NCBI RefSeq assembly: GCF_003918875.1
Contig: NW_025767013.1
Span: 3,348,001-3,412,000 of the forward strand
Length of the DNA: 64,000 bases
Source of the DNA: Haliotis rubra
Lineage: Eukaryota
Direction: 5' to 3'
The notes under the pieces are model-generated. The model saw only the letters and a list, made by a program, of their open reading frames with translations. It did no database searches and was not told the DNA's origin. How positions within the stretch are numbered: position 1 is the first letter of the stretch; each line of letters begins with the position of its first letter. The position numbers were made by a program, and so were the translations under genes. This document shows, piece by piece, positions 49,401 to 63,083 of the stretch.

Positions 49401-52400
49401 TTTTTGAAAAAGGGGGGAGCACGGTTCATTTTCACCCATTTTCACGGGAGTGTCAATGGTCCTTTAATAAACTTTCAGGATTGGATGGGGTGGGGGTGGG
49501 GTGGGGGTGTGCACCCCTGCAACCCCCTCTGGATCCACCTATGTAGCCATAATGCACCGTTGTAGTGTGATATAAAGTATAGCTCTAAGTACACAGGGAA
49601 GGAATAGGAAAAATCATTGATTATCGAAATCTTGAGAGCTGCAGCAAATGTCAGTAAAATTGCCAAATGTAGAATTTGTGTATCAATATGCAGTGAACTC
49701 TGAAATCAAACTGTATATAAGTAGCAGTACTAATGAAGTGTCTCTCCCAACCTGGATAATGCTTGACAGATCCAGAATGCCCTTTGTGGCTTCCGGGCAG
49801 TGGAGTAGCTTAAAGGTTAAAGTGTTCGCTTGTCATGCCGAAGACCCAGGTTCGATTCATCACAAGGGTACAATGTATGAAGCCCATTCCTGGTGTCCCG
49901 CTCTGTGATATTGATGGAATATTGCAAAAGCGGCGGAAAACTAAACTCACTCACTCAAACACTCACTGACCTGCTTCTCTGCACATGGTGAAGATGGAAG
50001 ATGAAATAATCAATCAGTCTTCATTGTGAAAAGCTTCAAAATGTAATTATGTTCTCTACAGCGAGTCTGAGTACAGGATCACAAGGATTCTTGCCCAGCA
50101 TCATGTGTTTGACATATTTACCAGAACCATGTTAAACCTCAAAATACATGTCCTTGTACCCTGAGCATGCTGAGGGCAAAGATTGTTGCTAGAGGTGTGA
50201 CGATGCAGAAATTTCATGATGCGATACTTATCGCGATATCTTGGAATGATACGATTCGATACGATGCGTATCACGATATGCTATCTTGAGTTATTTTCTT
50301 GAAAAGTGTATTTTGATAACAAGTAACAGTGTAAATTTTGACATAACTGTCAATTTCTAGTGAAAATTCACAATTTTTAGGTCAAAGATACATATCATGA
50401 TACGAAAAAGAGTATCGATATATTTATTGTCAGAAAATGTATCACGATTATCGATACTACGATATATCGTCACAGCTCTAATTGTTGCTTACCTTATTAA
50501 TGCTGGATTGTCTTGTCATCATTTGATTATCCCCTTGTTATTATGTCCTGATCATGTTAGAAGTGGTACCTAATCATAGCGATGTGGTATCATCAGAAAT
50601 ACATCTCAAGTAAAAACAGCTGCACTGAGCAGTGCATTTACTACTATATTGTTTTGTATAACATACATATTTTTTCGCAGGTTATGTTATTGGGGAGAAT
50701 GACATTGTGGCAATAGCTCGTCTTCGAGGCCAGCAACTGAAGACGCTCAACATTCCAGCGCGCTGTATCTCCACTGCTGAAGACGAGGAGGAGTCGCACT
50801 CATGGTTCTCAGTGGGCTGTGTCAGTCGAGACTTTGCCAAGAAGGTAACAATATCACTCACTGAATAAGTGTCCCTTTTTTGAAAACATGCAACATTATT
50901 ACTGTACTTGCCATTTTTATTTGACATGTAACATTTACATGTATCTTGATGTATGCATAGCTTCCAAGTGTGGCTGCCATATTACACTCACTAAACTGAA
51001 AATATGGCAGCTGGCGCTTTGGCAGCTGCTAATGAGTAATCAGTGGTTAGAATTGGCTTGTATGTTCTTTGTGATTCATTATACATGTATAGTTGATGTA
51101 AAAAGTTATCCACTGTAATGTTGGTTCAGTACCTTAGAACAAACGGATGGAGAATGAAGTCCCAATAGTCAGTGTTGAGATGAGTGAGTGGTTGTTAGAC
51201 TGGAACAGTATAACAGTTAATATGTTGGTGCTTCCTACCGCTGTATCTGCTTCATCCCATTACAGGGGCGGTGGGGTAGCCTAGTGGTTAAAGCGTTGGC
51301 TCGTCACGCCGAAGACCCGGGTTCGATTCCCCACATGGACACAATGTGTGAAGCCTATTTCTGGTGTCCCCCGCCGTGATATTGCTGGAATATTGCTAAA
51401 AGCGGCGTAAAACTAAACTCAGTCAGTCAGTCATCCCATTACCATGATTACAGTTCACATCAGAATGACCTAGTGCAAACTTTGACCAACCACAAAACAG
51501 AGACAGAATATTTACGCATGAGAAAAAAATCAGAATAAGCATAATCAGAAAGTTACTTCCCGGAGCTTCACAGCCCCAAGGGTTGGAAATAACTTCAAAA
51601 TTACTAGTGTACTCCGGTACAGTGGCACATGTAAAATCACTTGCCCTGATACTTTTTCCACTATACCAGACGTTTTCTTGTTGATTTTATAAATAAACAA
51701 CATAATTAACATTGGAAAGTCAACTGGACACCGGTACAGTGTGATATACAAATTTGTTTGCCTGATAGAAAAAAACACTGGACTCGGACATCGGGCAATG
51801 GGTTATTTCCACCCCTGAGCTCTCAGATTCCCAACTTCCATTTCAGTCACCGCTGTGAAAATTTGCAAACTGAACACAAGATAATCCCAGAAGGCCTAAT
51901 ATATTGTAAGGCAATTTTGATGTGACCTGTAATGAGATGTCCTCAGATCATTGGGACGGTGGGTTAGCCTAATGGTTAAAGTGTCCGCTTGTCACGCTGA
52001 AGAACCGGGTTCGATTCCCCACATGGATACAGTGTGTGATGCCCATTTCTGGTGTCCCCTGCTGTGATATTGCTGGAATATTGCTAAAAGTGGGTAAAAC
52101 CATACTCACCCACTCACTCCTCAGATCGTTGTGTAGTGACAGTGGGCCCTTAAACAAGATTTTAATCAGTTTAACCAGAATTTAATTGATGCCAAGTGTC
52201 AAAGGTTGGCAGGCCACTGATAAAAATTATATTTTCTTAAATTGGGTGGGCTTTTAGACCACAAGTATTTTGACTTGACTCAACCGCCAACTAGTTTATC
52301 AGCTAAACCTCTAAGAAGGACCAATACCGGTATGTTCTGCATATTGTGTATTTTCTAACTAACCCTTTTCTTCAGGTATCTGAGAGCCTGCGCTACGATT

Positions 52401-52513
52401 GGCTGCCCATAGAAGATGATGATTTGCCAGTGGCTGTCCTGCGAGATGAAGCGGACGCTGAGGCTGCCTACATGAACACCCTCCTCTCTGACCAGGTGTG
52501 GGAGGGGGACTAG
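46430..52513 (+). CDS. FBXO33: F-box only protein 33-like (F-box plus LRR-like fold), 458 aa
   Basis: Exons 46430-46815, 48423-49111, 50681-50844, 52376-52513 (1377 nt, open to TAG). F-box IIVEILSYLTLRDRLRAASICKRWR. C-terminal EDPFVMLAWQCQKL...GYVIGENDIVAIARLRGQQLK matches the remembered FBXO33 motif EDPLVLLAWRCTKL...GY...IAIARLRG..LK. Confidence 0.88.
47618..48020. mobile_element. hAT-type MITE containing a nested palindromic MITE (47816-47976)
   Basis: CAGTGTT...AACACTG ends with TSD ACTGGATA/ACTGGAGA. The inner element is a near-complete hairpin CTGGGCCC...GGGCCCAG. Confidence 0.75.
49795..49966 (+). mobile_element. SINE family A
   Basis: Degenerate full copy. Confidence 0.85.
50190..50480. 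mobile_element. hAT-type MITE
   Basis: TAGAGGTGTGACGAT and ATCGTCACAGCTCTA ends; perfect 8-bp TSD ATTGTTGC. Confidence 0.88.
51264..51432 (+). mobile_element. SINE family A
   Basis: Near-consensus copy; TSD TCATCCCATTAC. Confidence 0.92.
51953..52119 (+). mobile_element. SINE family A
   Basis: Full copy; TCCTCAGATC on both flanks. Confidence 0.88.
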
Positions 52514-55500
52514 ATGACACGGGTACCACCTGACGGAGAAGGGGGTGACATGGCTGTGATCAAGTACCTGAGTCAGCACATGGCTGTCAGCAGGAGTTGT
52601 AATGTTTCGGGGAACCCATCCTTCAAGATCAAATTTTCCATTCTCTGATGATTTTGCAGGCGTTCTTATTTTTGACCACAAACAAAAAGTTCTGTACATC
52701 ATTAAATCAATTGGCCATGTTGGGTCTTTTTTAAAGGAAGTTTCCCTGATGATGTTAGATATTGTAACAATTTTGAACTCCTGGGTATTTCTTTAACTTT
52801 GGATGGAGAGACTTTTGACAGGTAAAGCTGGGATTGTCTATCAAAATTCCTTACTTGTTGCATGGGTTTCACTCCAGTTCTTTGTAGAATTTCGGTATGA
52901 TTCTTTGAATGCCAATTTATATCCATGTGAAACTATGAGACCATACTGCTGATGGGGTCATTTCTTTTGCCGGTATATTTTTAAGGAACCAAATTGTGAT
53001 GTATGTGAAACTGAAATTGATATAAGGCTAAGTTTAACGATTTATGAATTATTCATAATCCTATGATTAATCCAAATTGCTGTTGTGGTTTGTCCAGAAG
53101 AATTGTATTTGGTTAGTTTGTGAATTTTCTGGTAGGATAGCCGACTGGTTGTAATAAATTATTCTAAAGAAGGACCACTCGGTTCTTTCATATTACGACA
53201 GTTATGGTCATGCTATGAATGATAAAGTACAGCAGTGTGAAAGAATCGAGTAGTCCTTCACTTCTTGTGAGTAATATATTCACTCAACATGTCCCAAACC
53301 CAAGTTTCGATTACATACAACTGTACTGTGTGACTCTGTCACTGTTCGAGCTAGGATTGATCAATGTGACTTCATCACAAATCTATTATTAGTTGAACAT
53401 GCCATGATGTCGATGCAGTATGGTATTGATAAGTTCCATGTTGATACAGGTGGGGCCAGTATGGAGATGAATACTCATTGACGTAATATCAGGAATTGTG
53501 ATGGTCTGATGTAAACGTTCATAAATGTGTGTAGATTTATTGTCCATAATCAGGTCTGTGTATTAAATTCTGGGCATTACAGACTGAAACAATCAAAATG
53601 CTGAGTTTGGGCACTGAACATTCCACCATAATGAATATGGTCAATACATTGATTATCAACATGTTCAATAGTTCTGTATATTTGCGATCAGTATTCATTC
53701 AAATGAAACTTAAGGAAATCAAACATCCCCAGCCTGAAAATTATTTAAAATGTTTGAATGTCTTGTAAAATCATGCTTGTGTATGACTGCTCAAGCTGCT
53801 TACATCAAACATACACATATGCATTGCTTCAGTAAGCATGTTTGTTAAAAATGAGTTATTATTCTAGAAATACATCATGTAACTCTTTTATTATCATTAG
53901 TTACTTTACCAATCAACCATCATGAAGACAAACATTTTGACTTGAAAATTATGAAGTACAAGTACATTTTAACATGGTTTATAAAGAAAATGAACATCTA
54001 ATTTGTGCAATATGACTATAAGTGAATCTCAGAGGGGGCACAAATTTAAATCAACTTCAAGTCAATGATTGTTTCAGAATGGCATATGTGAGACATGTTG
54101 TGCCGTGTCTATGCAGCAGGTGTCATAGAATTGTTTTGACCCACCTCAGTATATATATGTATACATCCACTGTGGAGTTCAGGATTTCTTCTACATTTTC
54201 TAAACATGTTCTATTTTGAACTGAACTATTATCATGATTATAAGACCCAATACTGAATAGTGATATGGCCACCTTTGTGAAAAGTGGTAGGTAGACAGCA
54301 GGATGGTTGATAAACTGATAAGGAAAAGTGCCTGTGAGATTGAACTAGTTTCAGAGATGGATATACTGTTTAGAATTTGATTTTTAAAGATTATTATAAC
54401 CTTTTGTCAATCTACAACGTGATTGTCATGTCCAACTTGAGCAAGTAGCTCAGTGCAGTGGCTCCTAAAGGAGGATCAAGCCAGCACTGTTGATTCATCC
54501 TCTAGTAAGACGTTAGCATATCACTTGCTAGGAAAGCAAAGATGAATTTGTTGATAGATCTCATGGGGAAGATGCATATGTTCCCAGTGGTATTGGGAAG
54601 ATTGTGTGTTATCTTGATATATGGAATAAGTATGCTGCCCGAGGCCCACTTGTTTGAAGATACCTGTGTCGTTTTGTCACATCCTTTTACTGGAGCGTTA
54701 AAACACATTGTGCTAGTTAAGAAATTATTTCTGCAAGAGGGCCTCGGGAAGGGCCTTTGTGCTCTTGAGACAATACCTTATGACCATGATTTAGTAAAGT
54801 GTCTTTTTAACAGTCGTTACACAAAATCTCTATTATTACAGAGTATTCCATATTCTGCTGCAGGATTTCTTATCAGTCTTGTAATTTTGTTTTAGATTTA
54901 CCAAGTAGTACCTGAGATATATAGGTGAAAAATGTTTTGAATGTAAGAACCATGAAGAGCTTTGACAAGATGATGACCAGACAAAGATGTCAGGATGGTG
55001 GCAGAATCTTAGTACAAAAGATTTTGAATTATTTTCCATTTGAAATTTGCTGTTTATACTTCACTGAACTTGTTTATCTTTTTTTCAAAATATTAATTCT
55101 AAATAACTGTCCAGGTAATAAGGTGACAGATCTTTTATTCAGGATATGTTTATTGTAATGACAAGGTCTTTACTGTTTTTTCTTTCTTCTACTAGTTGAG
55201 CCGAGTTTGTAACTCGTGTGTTTAAAATTGTAATTGCTGTTGAACATGTTTGACCTTTCATCTGCTGGTAAGATGTATTTAGATGTATTTTCCACCATAT
55301 TTGGTAGTTTCAACCAGTGTGTTAACACATGAATGTTATGAAGCCCCAGATCCTTTGTTACTATCTGTGCATTAGCCTGGTGGTTGTTGAGATTGTGGTG
55401 CTTTGTTTGAGACCAGTATTAACGTTAACACCAGTGTCTTTGAGAGAGAATCATTACTGCCTTATATTGGACTTCACTAGGGCAGAGCGTTCGCTACAGC

Positions 55501-57544
55501 GCAGTATGAAAACTGGCCGCACGACTCTAGTACAACAAGACAATCAGGACTCATTGTTGTTCAAATCATTCAGCGGTCTTTCCATTCCAGTTATTATGTG
55601 ATATACATCAAGATACCTCGCGCTGGCTGGACCACACTGAATGTTTCTGGCTGCATGGTGTTGACTGACTAAAATCGGTTGGATTTAACTGTGATATACT
55701 GCCATACGTGCTTGTGTATTGTTGTCATCGGCATACGTGACCTGTTCATGTAAAGACTTGGAATCTCATGACATACATATACCTCCAAACCACACAAAGA
55801 CTAACTTGTGACGCCATTCAGAGAGTTGTTGCATGCTTGCCATGCTATGTTTGATATCTATCAATCGGCAGATACGGGTGATCAGGAATCTTGTTAATTC
55901 TAGCATTGTGAATATGAATACTGAGGACCAGAAGTCACATGATCCAAGTCCCACAACTCCTTTACCAGCTGTGATACCCACATTTCGTCGACATTGGAGA
56001 GATTTTTCAGCACCGAATGAACAGTTTGCCATCTTTTGTTGTTGTTTATGATTATTTATCTCAACTATTCCAGGGGAAAGAGAGAGAAAGAAAGAAAGGG
56101 ATGAGTGCTATTTCCACCATTGTTTTCACCGTCTTCATGAGTTACAGGAGATTATCATGACACATATGCAACAGGAGTTTTTCATGCCATGGTACAGGCT
56201 GTTGATGGAGGCCTGCCCCTAAACAAAGGCTGTATATGTTTTGCCTAGGGGGGCTGTTTATTATGTTCTATTATTATCTTTAACCATGGTCATTTGAGAT
56301 CTGGGGCTGAACTGATAGTAAGACCATTCAGAAAGGTTTCTCATTCATGCTACATTTTACCGAATACTTCTACAGAATGTTCAAGAACGGGAGAGGCTGT
56401 GTGTGTTGAAGAAATGTTTTAACTTGAGGTCAGGAGTTAATAGGTAAACTTTTAATCTCCAGACTTTTTGTAGATACTCCTTAAGTTTTTAAGAAAACCT
56501 GAAGAACTTGTAAGCTAATGAAGATCGTTGGTTTATTTTCTGACTGCTTCTGTTCACTGGGTATTTGAAGACCTGCTTTCATATACAACTATTGCAACAA
56601 CAGAACCCAAGGCAGTGTGCCTAAGGTGTTTCGTATCTATATATTGGAAGCGTTTCAGCCAGTGTTGTAGACCATTCTTTTCCACTATGGCTGATTAATC
56701 TAAATTGTCTTTTGACCATATATAAATAACTCAAGTTCCAGCTTTACAAAACGATTTTTAATCTTTTAGTATAAATACAAGAAAATATTGACTTTTTTTA
56801 GTGTGAAAATAAAAAAAATATTGTATTTTGTCATGAAGATGGTTGATGTAAAATATTGAAATTCCTGTGTAGATGTGTTTTCTTAAATATTTGTCTGTAT
56901 ATGTAAATGTCATGTCAAAATCTGTGCTGTTTTTCAATGTCATGCCCTTGGACATTACCCGTTTATTGGTGTTTTGAAGATACATGTATCTATAATCCAT
57001 GTTCAGACCTTTTGGTGTTAGCACTTGGAATGTAGGGAAGGTGCTCATCACATTTTAACTGATAATGCGAACAGAAAATTAAATTTGACTTCACTGTTTT
57101 CAGTAAGAGACCATATCTACCTACCTATGTAGTATATATATGAAACATCATTGACTGGGAATATTGCTTCAGGAACATTTTGAAGACTTTCATATTTTAA
57201 GTTGCTTAGCAACGTGTATCTTGTCAACTTATTATCACAGGGTTTTTTCAGCAGAATCACTTTTGTGAACAAGTTTATATCTAGTATGATAAGTAAGTGT
57301 GAGAAATCTGATGGTTATTTTTGGCTATGAAGTGATTTTTAGAAATGACTAATGGTTTGAAGCGATTTTATTAAAAACAGATCTTTTACTCCAATGCCAT
57401 ATGTCAGAATGTGAGGACACTTCCTTAGAAGGTTGTCAGTGAACCCTGCTCATACTTGACTGTCCAGTCAAAATGAAGGCTGTGTGGACGTAAGACCCAA
57501 TTCTGTGTTGGCTTTCTAAAACAGTTCAACTTTATTTATTTACT

Positions 57545-57696
57545 CAGGGATGGCAATTTTCTGCAGATTTCCGTCGATATTATTCAAACTGATCAATTCT
57601 GTGAATCGTCTAAATCCGTTGACAAACCCTGAACCCCATTCGATGACACAACATTAAGTTTTCAGCTGAAAATAGATTTTCCTGTTGCCATCCCTG
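57545..57696. mobile_element. Small MITE (CAGGGATGGCAA TIR)
   Basis: 12-bp perfect TIR; TTTACT on both flanks. Confidence 0.7.
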
Positions 57697-59288
57697 TTTA
57701 CTGCCTCACATTGGAAACTTAGATCTGCCAAAGATTGCCATATGTACCCTCTCAAAGTAAACTTTGAGCGTAGATGTCTTGCCACTCACAAGTGTCGGAG
57801 ACATATGAACATCTGGATTCAGACTGATCTTCCACAACTCATGGTTGATGTTAAGGGCAACAAATTGGATTGGTTGGTCAGGTTTTTTGACTTGGTAAAT
57901 GATTGTCATTATATTCCATTTGCCTAGATAATGCTCATAATGTCTGCTGAGGACTTATATAGCTGGGATATTGGTGATTGCAATGCTACACAACAAACAA
58001 GCAAATGAGCACACATAGGCAACAGAATGTATAACATATCCACAACAGTATCGGGTGGTATGCTTTGGACTTCAGATTATCATTTAGGTTTACAAAATCT
58101 CATACCATGAATTTTTAAGCCAGAAGATGACTGATGGATGAGAGAGTTCACCTGACAGGACCGCCCATAGAGGTGTCCTAAGATATTCATGCAGTGGAGT
58201 AAAAGATCTATTTTAATTAGATTGGGTTGGAGACATATAAACAAGTCCAACTTGATATATATATATATATGATAAGCATTATCAAATATTACATAGTCAT
58301 TCAGTAGAGCATCCAGATTTTCATGAATAGAATTTCATGCAAACATAGAAAATGTTGCATATTATCTTACAGGGCACAGTCTACTGATTTATACAGATTA
58401 TTAAATGAGTTCCAGGTTTTTTGGAAGAATAGAGAAATAATTTCAAGCTTGTGTAACATGCTTCAGTTTTCAAAGACTTTAAAAGTAGGCTGGACATAGT
58501 ATTTATTTCAAAAGCCATTGACAAATAGTAGCATGTTTTTTTGTGGATTATTAGCAGTTTTTGCAGTTTGCATGTTATAATACTTATCTTAAGGGAAGTC
58601 TAGTGAATTCTGTTTGACCTCCGTCGTTAACTTGAAATTGTCCATGTTAGAACACTACCTGTAAATCTTCCGAAAGTTATGCAAAGAGCTGCACTGTGTT
58701 GACGGAAGAAACATCAGTTGCTTGAGATATGTCTCCAACAAATTCTTGTCCACATTTCGAGGTTTTGGTTTGGTGAAGGACAAAATGATGTAGCACTTTC
58801 TAGTCTAGTTTCTAGAGTTACAAACACCGAGAGATTTATCATGTCAGTGTAAGTATTGTGTATATATAATATGTCGTACACACACTAGTGTCCTTTTAGC
58901 AGGTTTCTGCAGTGCAGTTTACAAGTCGTTTTTGCCAGATTATACTGATGTCTTGTACCTATTTTATATTATATTGCATGGAAAACATGGCAAATACAAG
59001 CTGGGGGAGACAGTCCTGTATACTGACACACTTTGAAAATGCAAATAAGGCAAGGCAAAATGGACAAATCAAGTTGCGGGTATTTTTGTGTGAGATCAAC
59101 AAACACAGCAATGGATTCAGATCTGATTTAAAGTGCTTTGAGATGAACCCAGTGCAAAAAGACATATTGTCTCATCCACTTTCAATGTGTGTCTGTATGA
59201 TTTATAACCTGATATGTTAGTTTCAGTTTTGACTTCTGAAAGTGTCCCTCTTAATTGAAATTCTTGTTTCAAGAGTGCTGTTCGAGAA

Positions 59289-59435
59289 GGGGGCGGTGGG
59301 GCAACCTAGTTCGCTAATCATGGTTCGGGTTCGAACCCAGGTTCGATTCCCCACATGAATACAATGTGTGAAGCCCATTTCTGGTGTCCCCTGCCGTGAT
59401 ATTGCTAAAAGCAGCGTAGAACCAAACTCACTCAC
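59289..59435 (+). mobile_element. SINE family A (rearranged head)
   Basis: Triplicated GGTTCG B-box segment; body and tail match the family. A 5'-truncated copy follows at ~59899-60008. Confidence 0.82.
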
Positions 59436-62356
59436 CTGTTTAAGAGGAGGTGAGTTATGCAGTTGTGAGATTGTTTGTTGACTGAAACATATGAGGGCTC
59501 CCTAAAATATGTATTTCAACTGATGGTTATTGGAGATTTTTATGTTCCCTTCGTCATTTTGACCCCAGTACCAATTTCCTCAAAGCAGTTTAGCTGTAAA
59601 TTGGCTTGAAGGGACATTCCAAATTTGTCATGTGATGTAACAGGACAACATGTGGGGAAAGACAGTGCCGAAGCTTTGATGGCTTCCTATAGAATTGTAT
59701 GATGGTTAAGAAAGATAGTTAACCTTGAATAATGTTTTTAAACAGGCTACAGTAGACTTATGAAAGGGAAGACTATCCTTCCAATAGTTGTCATATTTGC
59801 AAAATATTCCCCAAAATAGTGACAATATCTGAATGGATAAAAACTGGTAATTATATTTCTATATTTCTTTTGAGGAATTAAGGTTACTCATTGTCTTCTG
59901 ATTCGATTCCCCACATGGGCACAATGTGTGAAGCGCATGTCAGGTATCCCGGCTGTGATATTGCTGGAATGTTGCTAAGAGCAGCGTAAAACTAAACTCA
60001 CTCGCTCATTTTCTTCTCTCTGTTAGGTGTTTTGGTGATGCTGGTATTTGCCATGTTTTCTGTCTTTGACATATCCAGGTTTTGTGGTGTAGTCTTGGTG
60101 TGTAGTTACAGTAGTTAGACATTCAACTTTTCATGTTTGTGTTCTAGTTTCTGCAAGGAGCACCAGCTGTCACATGGAAGGTCACCAGGTCAAAGGTCAT
60201 ACTCAGTCACGTGATTATGTGCACATTTTGTTATTACACAGATATTTACGTATATTTTGATTATAATGGACATTTGACCTTTGACCTGCAGTTCCTATTT
60301 TCTAGCTGCAGTTATGTAACTACAAACATCTAGTCAGTTATTTATGAATGTACACAGAGAAGAGTTTTGTCAACTCCTTGCATAGAAAAGCATTGAGAAT
60401 CATGACTTTTCAGTGACTTGACATCACTGAAAACAGTTTATGCTTTTGGGAACAGCTTGTGACAAACAAATATGACAAAGAATTTCATCTGTAAATTTAT
60501 TAATTTCCAAAGTGCCAGTATAGTCAAGGCGATCACTTGTTTATGTGTCTTTTCAGTGGTAGTTAAAGCAGAGAATCTGCAATGTACATAGTGAGAGGCA
60601 ATACCAGTACACATGGTATTTGAAGATATTTTAAACATGGCTCAGAGAGGTTTACCCATGTTCTAAATGCTGGATCCAGCAGTTGGAAATGAAATCTTCA
60701 TATTTTTACTAGGCCACCCTGACTGAAAATACACAGACTCGCTATTCTAAAAAATATTGAGTATGGAACCGTAATGGGTGTACAAGCAAGCCAACAAGTC
60801 TAGATCAAGCCAACAAGTCTAGATCATGGACAAAGAACACAAGCTATGATGCCATTTTCAGTGTTGTCATTTTAGGGGTTGTTTTGTCAGGGGACATAAC
60901 TGCAGCTAGAAGCGAGTCCTAATGTAACACCATGGTGTACAGAAGTAACACACGCAAGCTTTACATATTCATGCACTTGTGTGTGAAATGCAGCGGCATC
61001 ATCCATAGGGCTATACCTAGTTTTAACACCGTGATGAGGAGTGGCTGCAGGCTTACTGAGGCCCCACTCTGGTTTGTGTACATACGGTATGTTTTTACGA
61101 TGTCTTTCAGAGCTTAGACAGGGAACAATCTGCCAACGTATAGATCCGGGTTTTAGAGCAGATGCGATGTTCTCTAGAAAGGGCTACCAACGTGTTCTGT
61201 AGTCAGGGTGTTCATCCTACATGTGTTGGGCCACTTGTCTGAGAGGTCCTGCATCAAACTGACTATTCTACCTCAGAGAGATAACTTGAGGCTTGTAGAA
61301 TATCAAATATCACTGGGAAGAAAAATGTAGGTATCACGGTTTCATAATTTACTATGAAACCAGACATATTTTATTTTCATTCACTCTGTCATTTCAAAAG
61401 TTGGAACAGTTTCTTTTTTAAAAAATCATTTGGAAGTCAAAATCAGATGACTGCAGAATTTTGAAATTTGTTATTTTCAATGACCAAAGAAAATAATCCT
61501 AGTCATTATGGACAAACCTGCAGGTTGACAGGATTAACAGTCTTCCGTTTTGTTAAGTATAATTGATGAAAGGTGGGCCTCACTTTGATTCTCCATGTTT
61601 ACATGTATCTATCAGGTGAAGACATTTGTTCCATATAAAAATGTCTTATCTGGTACAGTGTTGATGCAGGAGGTTCTCACACACCCCCCATCTTGGGTCC
61701 TGAGACCAAGTTTCATCTGTCATTGAGAATGGTGGCCTCACCCACAAGGGATCACTTTTAAAGATGTAAATTATTGATGGATATCACATGCATGCTATAT
61801 AGACTGATATCACACACTGTTATTGACTGATATCTCATGCATGTAATACCAAGTGATATCCCACTGCAATATGCGGGGAGAGTGGTACGAAGAGTCTTTC
61901 ATCATTACATTGCCAGCAACCATCACGCCAAGTGCCAAGTGAGTTGAGATCGTCGAGTCATGTCTTGCCAGATCACATGACCCTCGATACATTGTTCAAT
62001 TGTTATCAAATCAAGCAAGTCAACTGTTACTATTTAAGAAGAGAAGATGGGGTGTTTGAAGGATGTTTTAAGTGTATGAATGGCTGTACACAACGTCAAT
62101 AAAAGCTTGCATCTGTGCTCCAGCCCTGATTTCTGTCTTCTTTTCCACAGTCACCTTGACTGGCTTAGAATATCAGTCTTAGAAAACAATGGCCAGTAGT
62201 TTCAGGCTGGGATCAATGCTCAGCAGCCATTATGACTACCTAATGCCCCTTTCTTGTTTGACACTGGACTTTGGCATTGTGGTCGAGCACTTTAATCATG
62301 AGGCTGCCCCACCACCTCTTGTGCCTACACTAAGCTGAACTTTATGACACTATGAG

Positions 62357-63083
62357 CAGTGTAGGAAAGATGTAGAAAATCTAGCCTGTCCACAGGACTG
62401 GCTGGTCAATTTTTTTACCAGTCCTGCCAAAATCTAGCCTGTCCTCCAAATATAAATAAGACACCATTTCAAGACTTAAAACTGGTTTGTTTTATTTTAA
62501 GCTATAATTTAATATGCACACACAGAGCTTGGACTGTTAAATCTCTCCTAGTGGAATTATCTGGTTACAACATGACAGAACTAGTCTTCAGACAAGTCAT
62601 CAACATCTCCATCAAGATCTGAAAAGTCAGAGTCATAGTCTGAATCTGCATCCTTGCCAGTTGCACATTCAACATTGACTAAAATAAGAGTAAATTCGCT
62701 CAGTCATAGCAGCAGACCGACCGATGAGGGTCGCGCCATTTTGGTTTGAAATTGGGGGAAACAAGAAACACGTTTTCCTATTCGTTGATTCTGTGACAAC
62801 CGGCCAATCATGCACTTCCTTACTAAACTCGTTTCAAGAAGCTAAGGGAGAGAACTCTGTTCTTATAGCAAACATCTCGATTTCGTTTGCGATAATTTTA
62901 TCTGTTTGATTATTCTAGTATCCTTTGGCAGTAAACATTCAAAAAGGTTATAATATAATAATGATTATGTCATTGGTTTGCTAAAACTGACCCGACATGA
63001 GGACGGACCAGATTTTTTTTTAACCCGTCCTCCACAAAATTCACCCGTCTCGGACGTTGGGACGGGCTATCTTTCCTACACTG
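62357..63083. mobile_element. Non-autonomous hAT-like DNA transposon
   Basis: TIR CAGTGTAGGAAAGAT and ATCTTTCCTACACTG; CTATGAG duplicated on both flanks. Confidence 0.8.

Noticed and set aside
51264-51340. tRNA-Asp(GTC)-like genes (here and at other family A heads)
   Set aside because: No proper acceptor stem; each continues into a SINE body and tail with a TSD.
46430-52513. FBXL3/FBXL21 assignment for the F-box gene
   Set aside because: The C-terminal EDP..LAW.C..L and AIARLRG..LK motifs fit FBXO33 better.
62700-62810. YY1/CCAAT-like promoter of a further host gene
   Set aside because: It lies within the TIR-bounded element 62357-63083, and the following ORF is only 11 codons.
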